From Staphylococcus phage vB_SauM-UFV_DC4, in sequence record MZ779063.1: DNA of 64,000 bases; one strand, 5' to 3'. This document shows, piece after piece, positions 37,505-47,261 of this stretch (positions are counted from its first letter, which is position 1; every line of letters begins with the position of its first letter). The notes beneath the pieces were generated by a model that did no database searches, was not told the origin of the DNA, and saw nothing but the letters and a program-made list of their open reading frames with translations. Made by a program: the position numbers and the translations under genes.

Positions 37505-38281
37505 ATGGAATATGTTATGATAAATAAATTATTAACAAAAAATGATTCATCTGAATTAAAAATAAACATGGTTAAACTATATAAAGAGGAAGAAGACTTT
37601 TTCAATTTCTTTTTAAACTTTATTATAGAATATAATTCATATTATATAGGAAATTATAAATACTTTTATAGTATAGATTCATTATCAGATTATAATTCAG
37701 ATTATCAAATAAATGGAAATCCTTATGTGCCATTTGAGGAAGGGATAAAGGTAAATGAAGTCATTCATATTTATAAAAATAAATTATTTAGGAATATAAG
37801 TAAAGATATTGAAAATAGAATAACCGTACTTTATGTAGAAGACAAAGAAGACGATATTTTCTATTATATATTAATATCTAATTACTTTAATAAAAAATTT
37901 AAAAAAGAATATAAAGAAGAACTTCCCGATAAAGAAAAATTGTTAGCTAGACTTATAGTAAGATCCTTTCTAAATGAAAAAATTTTATTAGATTCACATT
38001 CAGAATTTTTAGTTATTAAAGATAAAGAAAAATTGAATAATTTAATTAATAATTTAATGAAAAATCAAAAATACAAAATTTTAAACTTTGATTTCTTAAG
38101 TAATAGGGAATTAAAATATAATGGAGTAATATTTAATACAAATTTATATGATAATAAACTAATCCTGAAGTATTTAAAAGGAATAGACTACAAAGATATT
38201 ATTAATAAAGATAAAGAAAAAATTACGTTTATAAATGAAAAAGGATATAAAAAACTAGCAGTGAAAGAATCATTTAAATAA
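37505..38281 (+). CDS. KENFK-family protein
   Basis: ends KGYKKLAVKESFK. Confidence 0.55.
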   Translation: MEYVMINKLLTKNDSSELKINMVKLYKEEEDFFNFFLNFIIEYNSYYIGNYKYFYSIDSLSDYNSDYQINGNPYVPFEEGIKVNEVIHIYKNKLFRNISKDIENRITVLYVEDKEDDIFYYILISNYFNKKFKKEYKEELPDKEKLLARLIVRSFLNEKILLDSHSEFLVIKDKEKLNNLINNLMKNQKYKILNFDFLSNRELKYNGVIFNTNLYDNKLILKYLKGIDYKDIINKDKEKITFINEKGYKKLAVKESFK

Positions 38282-38359
38282 ATAATAAATATTCTCATCC
38301 ATTCATTATATAATAACTTTTAATTATATAATAATTTTTAGAATGGATGAGATGCTTTT

Positions 38360-39019
38360 ATGAGTAATTATTTATATCGTTTTAACAAAGAGAATGTAAA
38401 TATCTTCTATCATAAAAGGACTAATAATGGTCATAAAATGTTATTTAATAATAGTAATGATAAAGATAGATCTATATACTTAATAAATACTGATGAAGAA
38501 ATCAATAATATGGAACTAGTATCTAAATATATTGCTGGAAAAGTATTTGAAATACTAAACCAAGAAAATATGAAAATAGTACATATGGATTTCTTTAATA
38601 GTAAATTAGAATTCTTTATAAGTAGATCATCCAAGAATAAATATATAATGAATATGTATTTTAGTTTAAAAAGTTATAATGATCTAATAGAAAATGAAAA
38701 AGAATTTATAGATAGTGTTAATGAGCTTAATTTAGACTTTTTAAAATCAGTTTCTTTAGATCAAGACAATAATCATGTATTAGATATGACATTAATATTT
38801 TTAATAGATAAAAATAAAATAGATGAATTTATTAAAAATCTATTTTACATTAATTATGTAAAGATAATAGAATTTATAATAGATACTATATCAGTATATG
38901 CAGATGATTACAAGAAATTTAATGAAGAAATAAATATTCTTTTGGATCATAGAAATTTTGTAGAGGAAATAACATATAAAGAATATAAAAAGATAATGAC
39001 AAAAGAGATGTTTATTTAA
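38360..39019 (+). CDS. KENFK-family protein
   Basis: ends TYKEYKKIMTKEMFI; preceded by long stem tctcatccattc..gaatggatgaga. Confidence 0.5.
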   Translation: MSNYLYRFNKENVNIFYHKRTNNGHKMLFNNSNDKDRSIYLINTDEEINNMELVSKYIAGKVFEILNQENMKIVHMDFFNSKLEFFISRSSKNKYIMNMYFSLKSYNDLIENEKEFIDSVNELNLDFLKSVSLDQDNNHVLDMTLIFLIDKNKIDEFIKNLFYINYVKIIEFIIDTISVYADDYKKFNEEINILLDHRNFVEEITYKEYKKIMTKEMFI

Positions 39020-39032
39020 GGAGTAATTAACT

Positions 39033-39743
39033 ATGAAGATTTCAGCCAATAAAGAATTATTAGGAAAGAAAGTTATACCTTTAGGTTTTAAACAACTTAA
39101 TAACTTATATAAAGATCATGATTATGTATATTTAAGAATTCCTGAAATATTTAATGTATTTGATAAGTATCAATTTAAAGATGATAAATTTGTATATCTT
39201 AAAACAGAAATAAAACCCAGTACTATTGTAGATTTAATAGATTCTTTATCAAGTGGTTTTAATTGGTTAATAAATGAATATATTTCTAATGATATACTAA
39301 ATATACATTATATAAAGAAAAATTTATTAGACATTTCCAATAGTGAATATAAAACTCTAGAAGAAACAAGATCTCAGTTAGATTTAGAATTAGAATTCAT
39401 AAGTAGTAATGAAAAACAAAGAAAGCAATCTAATATTTTAATAAAGGATATTCATAAAGAAATAAATTATATAAGGAATGAATACACAAAAGTATTCACT
39501 CTTAAGAAAAGTAAAACCAGAAATAATAAACCAATAAAAATAAAAATTAGAAATTTATATGATGAAGATCCAATATCTATATTAAAAATAATATTAGACT
39601 TAGGAGAAGAATATTGTATGAATAGTACTATATTTAACGCATTTACTTATTCATTAATGTTAACAAATAATTTAGATTTCATAGACGAAAAAGAATTTCA
39701 GGATATAGTTAAGAAAGAGAAAGTGAAAAATACTTTCATTTAA
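39033..39743 (+). CDS. KENFK-family protein (most divergent)
   Basis: ends KEFQDIVKKEKVKNTFI. Confidence 0.45.
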   Translation: MKISANKELLGKKVIPLGFKQLNNLYKDHDYVYLRIPEIFNVFDKYQFKDDKFVYLKTEIKPSTIVDLIDSLSSGFNWLINEYISNDILNIHYIKKNLLDISNSEYKTLEETRSQLDLELEFISSNEKQRKQSNILIKDIHKEINYIRNEYTKVFTLKKSKTRNNKPIKIKIRNLYDEDPISILKIILDLGEEYCMNSTIFNAFTYSLMLTNNLDFIDEKEFQDIVKKEKVKNTFI

Positions 39744-39753
39744 AACATTATTC

Positions 39754-39812
39754 ATATAGTTTGAGGAAATTTTCCTTAAGCTATATGAATTATTTTATTT
39801 TTTTTCTAAAAA
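39754..39812 (+). terminator. rho-independent terminator (catatagtttgaggaaa..tttccttaagctatatg + T-run)
   Basis: 17-bp stem with two G-U pairs then ttattttattttttttc. Confidence 0.55.
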
Positions 39813-39939
39813 TATAAACTAATTTATATTAATAATTTTTATAATGTATCATTCACTTAGTCGCAAATATTTATTTATTTTAAGAACATAAATTTTATAT
39901 CAAATAATATAGAATTTTTAAAAAGGAGAATTTAATTTT

Positions 39940-40503
39940 ATGGAAAAATATGATAAATTAACTGAAGAATTAGAAGCTTTATATGAGCAATCTCAAGAAG
40001 AAGCTCTAGAAGAACAGTTCGAAAGCATTATCGAATCAACTGATGAAGATAAAGCAGAAGAAGTTGAAGATAAAGATTCTAAAGAAGATTCAGACGAAGA
40101 AGAAACATCTGTTGAAGAACAATTTAACAGTATCTTAGAATCAGAAGATGAAGAATCTGATGAGGAAGAAGATGACGAAGATTCAGAAGAAGAACCGGTT
40201 GAAGAATCTGATGAGGAAGATTCAGAAGACGATTCAGAAGATGATGAAGATTCTTTAGAAGAAGAATTAAATCGTTTATTTGAAGAAAATGAAGACCCAG
40301 AAATGGATGTCGAAAAGCAAACTACAAAAGCTAATGACATGAACTCAAAAAAATCATCTGACTCTACTGAACATCCTGAAGAAGATGTGAAAAAAATCAC
40401 TTCAGAAGATGAAGACGAAGAAGAAGATGCTGAAGATGACGAAGAAGAATCTACTAATGAAGATGAATCATTAGAAGAATCATTAGATCGTATCTTTGGT
40501 TAA
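39940..40503 (+). CDS. extremely acidic D/E/S-rich repeat protein
   Basis: 187 aa, mostly E/D/S; repeated EEQF.SI.ES.DE segments; AAAGGAGAA SD. Confidence 0.55.
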   Translation: MEKYDKLTEELEALYEQSQEEALEEQFESIIESTDEDKAEEVEDKDSKEDSDEEETSVEEQFNSILESEDEESDEEEDDEDSEEEPVEESDEEDSEDDSEDDEDSLEEELNRLFEENEDPEMDVEKQTTKANDMNSKKSSDSTEHPEEDVKKITSEDEDEEEDAEDDEEESTNEDESLEESLDRIFG

Positions 40504-40524
40504 TTATTAATTAATCTTTAAAAT

Positions 40525-40558
40525 ATCCCCTAACCTTATTAATTTAAGGTTAGGGGAT
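40525..40558. terminator. bidirectional terminator at convergent early/late boundary (atcccctaacctta..taaggttaggggat)
   Basis: 14-bp GC-containing stem flanked by A/T runs on both sides. Confidence 0.6.
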
Positions 40559-40572
40559 TAATATTGTATTTT

Positions 40573-41031
40573 TTATCTGAAATAATTAGTATTATCAGTC
40601 ATTTTTCTTCCAAAAGCATCTAGTCCATCTAATGGATTAACTTTATCTCCAGTTGTTTTAAAATCATCTCCACCATAAGTGCCGCTAAAATTTGTATCTA
40701 CGCCTTTAGATAATTCTTCACTCATTTTATTTAAGTGTCTTACTCTTTCAACTTTTCTCTGATAATAGTCTTCTGCTTCTTGTTGAGATTTTAATCTATT
40801 TTCATCAATAGTTTCGTTATCTTTTAATTTAGTTACTGGAGTAAAACCATCCATAACTACATAAAATTTATCAATTTGATCCTGATAAATAAAAGGTATT
40901 TTAGTTTTTAAATGTAAAGTAGTTGGTTCATCTTCATACTGTAATGTCTCATATTCAAGTATATTACCTTCTTTATCGACAGTGACAGATATATCCATCA
41001 TAATTTCTTCTTTTTTCTTTTCTTCTGACAA
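40573..41031 (-). CDS. hypothetical structural-module protein
   Basis: 152 aa, last gene of minus-strand operon. Confidence 0.5.
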   Translation of the reverse strand: MSEEKKKEEIMMDISVTVDKEGNILEYETLQYEDEPTTLHLKTKIPFIYQDQIDKFYVVMDGFTPVTKLKDNETIDENRLKSQQEAEDYYQRKVERVRHLNKMSEELSKGVDTNFSGTYGGDDFKTTGDKVNPLDGLDAFGRKMTDNTNYFR

Positions 41032-41055
41032 GTCTTTTCATCTCTCTTTCATATT

Positions 41056-44052
41056 TTAGTTTCTTCCATAAATATAAGAGTTTAGGAACCAAGCATTTCC
41101 TTTTTGACCTGGTTTAACACGAGCTCGTATAGCTACTGAAGCTATAGATTGTTGTGGTATTCCTAAATCAACAATAATCTCTTTAAATTTAGTTTTAGTA
41201 ACACTAGTAGAAGTGTCTTTAGGTATTGATACAGTTTTATCAAAAATTACACCATTCTGTTCGTTAAAAGAGTCTACTTTAATATCTATACCACATTGTG
41301 GAGTAGCATACCATATACCAATGTGTAACCATCTAGTTTCATGTTGACCGTATAATGTCATAGCACGTCTAAAGTAGCTACCTGTAGTCTTATCACTAAA
41401 CATAAATGCATTACCGACATTTTTAAATCTAGGAGTACCATTAGACATTAAATCTTGCACACCAGGTTCTGAACGTACATAAGCTGTAGTGAATCGTGGC
41501 ATACCATTGTATACTAAATAACCACCATCAGGGCGTTTGATAGTGATACCGCCTTTAACTTCTCCCATAGCATCTAACATAGTTTGAACAACTATATTTT
41601 TAGACATTAAATTAGTAATAGCAGCTTCTTTAATAGTAGCTCTACCATTAGAAATTATTACATCACCATCATTAATATCAACCATCTTAGATTTTAATTT
41701 AATACTATTAGGATCAATATCAAAAGAAGATAATTTATCATTAGATGAAGATGACATAGTAATACCATCAGCTAATAGAGATAATGCAGAACCCATTTTT
41801 TCTATTTTAGTTTTATCAGCATTGTAAGTTTCTTTAGTAACACTTAGAGCGATATTATTTTCTGTTTGACTAATTCTACTTTCCATATTAGTAATTCTAG
41901 CATTACTATCTTTAATAGACGGTTGCCAAGCAGTAGATTTATTACCTTCTTCAACTTTTAATCCTTCAATATCAACAGACATTGGGAAAGTTCCATTTTT
42001 ATTAATAATCATATTAATTAATGTGTCAGTTGTAAATGAATCATTAGGAATAAATACTACTTCTATTAATGTTAAAGCAGAAGTATCATCAAACGTAATA
42101 TTACGTGAATCTTGACCTTTAGCAACACCATTAACAAAAGTATTAGTTATAGTTGAATTAGGTATACTAATATCAACATTAGTTAATGTACCAGTTTTCT
42201 TTTCTAAGTTAAAGCTTAATATGTGTTCACGTCTATTTCTAACTTTATCTAATTTAAATTTAATACCTTGACCGTTAGCAGTTAAAGCTGTATTAAGTTC
42301 TCCGTATTCTAAATAATTAGTTTTAGTTAAAGTTACAGAACCAATTGGTGTAATATTAGCAATGCTAATTAAGTTCATACCGCCAACTGTAATTTTACCG
42401 GCTTCTGTAACAGCATAACCATTAGAAATACTGTCAATAGATTTTTGAATAGCATCTTTAATATTCGATTGAGCTTCATTATATCTCAAGTAGTTAGTAT
42501 TAAATTGAGCTATTTCTTCTTGAGTGGCTACACCGTCAATAATAGTATTAGTGATATCTTGTATTAGTATATTATATTTCTCATTAAATAAATCATATTT
42601 ATTTTTTAAATCTGTTTTTACTGAATTAGCCATCATTTTATTAGGATAAAGTGTATTAAAGATTTTATCTATTTCAGCTTTATCTTTATCAATAACATTT
42701 TTCTGTTTATCAATAGCAATTCTTTCAGCATTAGATATAATACCATCTTTGAAAGCTTCAGTAACTGTATCACCTAAACCTACAGCATTCTTTTCGATAT
42801 TAGTTATTTTACCATTAATAGTTTTATTATAGTTTTCTAACATATTATCATAATCTTCAGGTGCAGCTGTCCAGTCAGAAGACACACTACCTCGTTCAAC
42901 TTTAACTCTAGCAATATCAAATGTACCACTTAATCCATTAAGGTCAGTATCTACTCCAAGAAGCAATTTAGTATTATTTCTTCCAGTTAGTGTTTGTTTA
43001 TATACAAATGAATATCTATGCCATTCTTCATCAATATCTAAATACTTTTCAGCGATTGGTGTAGAATAATTACCAGAAGGATCAATGAAGTAACAATAAT
43101 CAAGTCTATTAAATGTATCTGATCTAAAATCAAATGAAATAGTATAAGTCTCATTATATTCTAGTTTAAAACCATTATAACTTTGAGCTCCTACTTGTCC
43201 TTCAATACCTTCAGTATTAATTGTAAAATAACTTTTACCGTTACTGTCTTGTCCAAAAGTTAAAGCATTTGGGTTTGATGAATTTAAAGCATCCGGTTTT
43301 AACAACCAATTACCTGAAACAGCTAAAGAATTTTCTAATAAGTTTTTACCACCAATAACAATACCGTCAATTTCAGATTTAGAAACTGTTTGTTCTATTA
43401 AGTCTGCAAATTGAGATATCTGACTTTCAAATTCAGTTACTTTATTATTAACCGTATCTATATCAGCTCTAGTAACTGTATCTTGTAGAACTCTAGCTGT
43501 TTGTTCTCTAAATGATTCTAATTTAGTAATACTATCATTAATTTCATTAAGAGTGTAATCAGTAGCTATACTCTTAATGGACTCTGCAGTTTGTTCTACT
43601 TTAGTACTTAAATATTGTATAGATGATTCATATTTATTAACTTTAGACATTGCTATTGATAGGGACTCTTCATTAGATGAAACTCTTCCATTTAAAGAAT
43701 CTAGATTACCTTTAATATCAGAATCCCATCCACCTTCAGCAACGCTATCAATATAGTCAATACTTAGTTTTTGGTATTTTCTTAATTCAGTTTTTAATGT
43801 ATCAAGTGTAACATAGTTAGATAAATCTAAATCAATATCGTGACTACCATCTAAATTTCTTAATTTTTCTATTAAATTATCATTTTCTTTATCTAAAGAA
43901 TCAATACTTGTATTTAAGACATTAATTCTATTTTTATTATCTTCTGACAGATTTTTAATGCTATCTTGTTCTTGTAATAAAGAATTGAATTTCGATTTAA
44001 TAGAATTTATTTCTTCATTTATTTGAAGAAGATTTTTTTCTTTATCTTCCAT
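41056..44052 (-). CDS. tail fibre / receptor-binding-like structural protein
   Basis: N-terminal coiled coil, then beta-rich modules ending in V(E/K)(R/E)G..S.DW.(A/P).(E/K)D motifs shared with the 2662-aa protein. Confidence 0.55.
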   Translation of the reverse strand: MEDKEKNLLQINEEINSIKSKFNSLLQEQDSIKNLSEDNKNRINVLNTSIDSLDKENDNLIEKLRNLDGSHDIDLDLSNYVTLDTLKTELRKYQKLSIDYIDSVAEGGWDSDIKGNLDSLNGRVSSNEESLSIAMSKVNKYESSIQYLSTKVEQTAESIKSIATDYTLNEINDSITKLESFREQTARVLQDTVTRADIDTVNNKVTEFESQISQFADLIEQTVSKSEIDGIVIGGKNLLENSLAVSGNWLLKPDALNSSNPNALTFGQDSNGKSYFTINTEGIEGQVGAQSYNGFKLEYNETYTISFDFRSDTFNRLDYCYFIDPSGNYSTPIAEKYLDIDEEWHRYSFVYKQTLTGRNNTKLLLGVDTDLNGLSGTFDIARVKVERGSVSSDWTAAPEDYDNMLENYNKTINGKITNIEKNAVGLGDTVTEAFKDGIISNAERIAIDKQKNVIDKDKAEIDKIFNTLYPNKMMANSVKTDLKNKYDLFNEKYNILIQDITNTIIDGVATQEEIAQFNTNYLRYNEAQSNIKDAIQKSIDSISNGYAVTEAGKITVGGMNLISIANITPIGSVTLTKTNYLEYGELNTALTANGQGIKFKLDKVRNRREHILSFNLEKKTGTLTNVDISIPNSTITNTFVNGVAKGQDSRNITFDDTSALTLIEVVFIPNDSFTTDTLINMIINKNGTFPMSVDIEGLKVEEGNKSTAWQPSIKDSNARITNMESRISQTENNIALSVTKETYNADKTKIEKMGSALSLLADGITMSSSSNDKLSSFDIDPNSIKLKSKMVDINDGDVIISNGRATIKEAAITNLMSKNIVVQTMLDAMGEVKGGITIKRPDGGYLVYNGMPRFTTAYVRSEPGVQDLMSNGTPRFKNVGNAFMFSDKTTGSYFRRAMTLYGQHETRWLHIGIWYATPQCGIDIKVDSFNEQNGVIFDKTVSIPKDTSTSVTKTKFKEIIVDLGIPQQSIASVAIRARVKPGQKGNAWFLNSYIYGRN

Positions 44053-44084
44053 TATTAAATTTCACCAAACTTTCATTTTTATTT

Positions 44085-44104
44085 AAATAATAAGTTGATG
44101 TTTT
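44085..44104 (-). promoter_or_regulatory. late-promoter-like element AACA-N6-TATTAT (minus strand)
   Basis: aaAACAtcaactTATTATtt ~47 nt upstream of ATG at 44052. Confidence 0.35.
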
Positions 44105-44114
44105 ATGATTTTAA

Positions 44115-44621
44115 TTAAACGAATAATGAAAGATTGATTGCATTTGTATAAGGATCTGATAATTTATATACATAAATATTAGTAATCATTAAATCTTTCA
44201 TTTCAATTTCATTATTTTTCATCAATTCATCTAACTCTGTATCTTCTTTAATAGAATCAAAAATAGCTGGACCGATATACTTTAATACTTCTTTGTCTAA
44301 TTTGTCAGCTACATCTTCTTCATATTCTCTTAAGTAAGCTTCATACTCATCATTATTTCCCTGAAAACTTTGTTTATTTTTAGCATGCAAATCTTCATCA
44401 TCTAATTTAATAACAAATGTTGGTTTTTTAACATCAATATGTTTTTCTGCCGCTTCAGATCTAAATTTAAAGTTTTCAGATTTATTAATAGTATCACGAA
44501 TAATATCAACTGTATTCTCTAAATCGATATAGTTCATAATGTTATTTCTAATTCTCATTATTAACTGCAAATCTCTAATATCTTTTTCTTCATTAACTAA
44601 TACATCTTTATTATTTCTCAT
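44115..44621 (-). CDS. hypothetical protein
   Basis: 168 aa. Confidence 0.5.
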   Translation of the reverse strand: MRNNKDVLVNEEKDIRDLQLIMRIRNNIMNYIDLENTVDIIRDTINKSENFKFRSEAAEKHIDVKKPTFVIKLDDEDLHAKNKQSFQGNNDEYEAYLREYEEDVADKLDKEVLKYIGPAIFDSIKEDTELDELMKNNEIEMKDLMITNIYVYKLSDPYTNAINLSLFV

Positions 44622-44623
44622 TT

Positions 44624-45274
44624 TTATTTATTCTCCATTCTTTTCTCTTTTATTTTTTCTATTAATGTTTTATACTTGTCTAATAATACTTTATCCATTC
44701 TACCTTTAGATTCTTCTAGATCATCTTTTACATATTTAATATGTATGAATGTTTTATCTTTAAAATCACTAGAATACTTCTTAAGAGAAGTTACTTTAAA
44801 TATCTGAGCATCATCTTTCCAAAACATTTCATTCATAACATCAAATGTAGTTTTTTGGAAATTATCAACATCAGGAGTATTTGTTCTCTTAATTAAACCT
44901 AAAAGTTTAAATAATATAAGTTTTATTGAATCAGTATTATTACAAGGATTTCTTTCTGTAATTAATTCAAATTCAATAGGTTTTTCAAAATTATTTTTAA
45001 TGATATCTTTTATAAAATCTTCTTTTAATTCTTCTTTCATTCTTTTCTTTAGTTCTTTTTTATATGTGTGTAAAGGATCATAAGTTCTCATTCCGCTTTT
45101 TCTATGTCTAAGATATTGATAAACTTCATGATCATCTATAGAAATAATAATTTCATTATCATTTACACTTTTATATTCAATATTACAATTTTTAACTTCT
45201 TCAATTTTATCTAATATCTTTTTAGGTACTTCTTTTTTCTTTTTAGGCATTTTTTCATTCAATTCCTTTAGCAA
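44624..45274 (-). CDS. hypothetical basic protein (start may be ATG at 45250)
   Basis: 216 aa from TTG; AAGGAA SD fits the internal ATG better. Confidence 0.5.
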   Translation of the reverse strand: MLKELNEKMPKKKKEVPKKILDKIEEVKNCNIEYKSVNDNEIIISIDDHEVYQYLRHRKSGMRTYDPLHTYKKELKKRMKEELKEDFIKDIIKNNFEKPIEFELITERNPCNNTDSIKLILFKLLGLIKRTNTPDVDNFQKTTFDVMNEMFWKDDAQIFKVTSLKKYSSDFKDKTFIHIKYVKDDLEESKGRMDKVLLDKYKTLIEKIKEKRMENK

Positions 45275-45328
45275 AGTGTATATTTATAATAATAACGTTA
45301 TATGTATATTAAAATTTTTTATAAAATA

Positions 45329-45362
45329 AACGGTAACATTCAATTTAATGAATGTTACCGTA
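45329..45362 (-). terminator. rho-independent terminator, minus strand (aacggtaacattc..gaatgttaccgt)
   Basis: stem with A-run on plus strand upstream (= U-run on minus transcript). Confidence 0.5.
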
Positions 45363-45369
45363 GAATATA

Positions 45370-45909
45370 TTAATTTGATTGATCTTCAGCAGATCCTCCA
45401 CCTAAGATTTCAGGATTGTAATTAGCATCAGCTCTAACATCTGATTCTATTAATTCTTCATCATCTTCAGTAGAAACTTGTTGTTCTAAACCTTCACTCT
45501 CAGGGATTTCTGGATCCTTTGACAAGTTTGTAGTTTCTTGGTTGCTCTCTTGCTCCAAAAAAGGTTTCACTGGAGGAAGAACCGTACCGTCATAGTCCAT
45601 TGCTTGAAGAGATTTTTCATTATTTGTAGTAGGTCTACTTTTAGCTAAGTTACGTTCAGAGTCAGCTATTCCTTCAGTAGTACTATCTACAAAACGACCA
45701 ACTAAACTAGATATAACCCCTGCTAAAACTTGAACAATACTTAAAACATTAGTTTCAGTGTCACCAGAAACTTCTCCGCCAAAAGCACGAATTAAGAAAA
45801 TAACTACGTTGACTAATTGAACTAATAGGGCTGCTGTCCATGCTTTATTTTTAAATCTAACTAATACGTTAATCTGTTTATCTTTACCAATTTTTAAATT
45901 TTTTCCCAA
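45370..45909 (-). CDS. membrane protein (2 TM) with acidic C-terminal tail
   Basis: 179 aa, TTG start with AAGGAGAA SD. Confidence 0.5.
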   Translation of the reverse strand: MGKNLKIGKDKQINVLVRFKNKAWTAALLVQLVNVVIFLIRAFGGEVSGDTETNVLSIVQVLAGVISSLVGRFVDSTTEGIADSERNLAKSRPTTNNEKSLQAMDYDGTVLPPVKPFLEQESNQETTNLSKDPEIPESEGLEQQVSTEDDEELIESDVRADANYNPEILGGGSAEDQSN

Positions 45910-45949
45910 TTTAATATTTCTCCTTTTTTATTAAAATAAATATTTAAAA

Positions 45950-46507
45950 CTATCCTCCAAATATTCTTCTAAGTATATCTAAGATTACTGAAGGAGCTAA
46001 TATCAAAGACACTATATTGACAAATAAATTTCTTTTAAAAGTTTTATTTTCTTTTTCATCATTAGAACCGTCTTCAATCTTCTTAAACTCAATTTCAAAG
46101 TCTTCTATATTAAGTTTACTATCTAAACCCAATCTTAAATCTTGTATATCACTAGTTATTTTTCTTTCAACTTGTTCAACATTTTGATTTAATTCTTGTT
46201 TAACAGATTGTATTTGTGATTCTAATTCATAATGTCTTCTTTTTCTTTCTTCTTCTTCAATTTTTCTATTTTCTCTATCTTCTTTCATTTCTTTTCTAAT
46301 TTCTTCAGTATTTTTACCCATGCTTTCAAGTAATACTTCTACACGTACTAAAGTGTTACTTGTTTTTTGACTCTCGGATTTAACTTCATCTATTTTCTTA
46401 TCAAACTTCTCTTCAATTTCTTCTTTAAGTGAATTATTTGACTTTAGTAATTCTAATTCAGTTATAGATTTACTATTTTCATACAATCTTCTTTTATCTT
46501 CTTCCAT
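45950..46507 (-). CDS. coiled-coil protein with C-terminal TM anchor
   Basis: 185 aa, heptad-rich, ends NLFVNIVSLILAPSVILDILRRIFGG. Confidence 0.5.
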   Translation of the reverse strand: MEEDKRRLYENSKSITELELLKSNNSLKEEIEEKFDKKIDEVKSESQKTSNTLVRVEVLLESMGKNTEEIRKEMKEDRENRKIEEEERKRRHYELESQIQSVKQELNQNVEQVERKITSDIQDLRLGLDSKLNIEDFEIEFKKIEDGSNDEKENKTFKRNLFVNIVSLILAPSVILDILRRIFGG

Positions 46508-46988
46508 TTATAATAGATTCCATTCTCATTTCAAGAATTGTAAATACTGCAAAGAAGAGATTTAGGAAAGAGATGATGATTTTTAATATTATAGTAGATT
46601 GCATACCAGCACTATCTAAAGATAGAATAGCGTATATTAAAAATAGAGCGAAGTTAATAAATGCACCTATAGTCATTAAAGGTTTTGTCATGAAATTATC
46701 CAAGAATAGGGAAGCGGCTAAAGCCAATCCTCCAATAATTAAAAATACTCCATATGTTTTTAAATCCATAAAATGAGAAATAGCCACATAAATATCTGAT
46801 GTTCTATAAGCTTCTCTTGTTCTAAAAACAAATTGAAAACCATAAATTAAAGAATAAACAGCTAAGAAAATAGGAGTTATATAATATTTAAATTGCTTAA
46901 GAAAATAATATAATTTGATGACTAAACTATTTGCTTCTTCAACACTTAGATTATCTTCTCTATCATTATTTTTATTATCGTCCGTCAT
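46494..46988 (-). CDS. 4-TM membrane protein
   Basis: 164 aa; four hydrophobic helices; overlaps downstream gene start (coupling). Confidence 0.5.
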   Translation of the reverse strand: MTDDNKNNDREDNLSVEEANSLVIKLYYFLKQFKYYITPIFLAVYSLIYGFQFVFRTREAYRTSDIYVAISHFMDLKTYGVFLIIGGLALAASLFLDNFMTKPLMTIGAFINFALFLIYAILSLDSAGMQSTIILKIIISFLNLFFAVFTILEMRMESIINGRR

Positions 46989-47023
46989 AGTTATTTTTCA
47001 CATCCTATTCTTTTATTATAAAT

Positions 47024-47044
47024 CTTTATTATAAACCTTTGTTC
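47024..47044 (-). promoter_or_regulatory. late-promoter-like element AACA-N6-TATAAT (minus strand)
   Basis: gAACAaaggttTATAATaaag ~50 nt upstream of ATG 46988; tandem TTTATAATAAA x2. Confidence 0.35.
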
Positions 47045-47077
47045 CTTTAATAGTCTTGATGAGTCCTATAAATTTTC

Positions 47078-47112
47078 GAGCAAAATAAAGTCCCTAACAC
47101 TCAAATAAGAAT
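47078..47112 (-). terminator. terminator hairpin (agtccctaacac..gtgttagggact), minus strand
   Basis: 12-bp stem after end of 47262-47678 gene. Confidence 0.45.
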
Positions 47113-47261
47113 GTTAGGGACTGTTTGAAGACTTTGCCAAAATTAAAAGAAAAAAGAATAAAGATAGACAAGAACAAAGAAATTGTATGAAAGATATTTA
47201 TGTAAATAACTTTCATATAAATATGTTCTATTTTTCTTTATTCAATTGATGCTGATAAGAA

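Noticed and set aside
39993-40400. 135-aa Ser-rich ORF on the minus strand
   Set aside because: It is the antisense frame of the GAA/GAT-repeat acidic protein gene. The Ser codons are a trivial consequence of complementarity, and it has no SD or start context.
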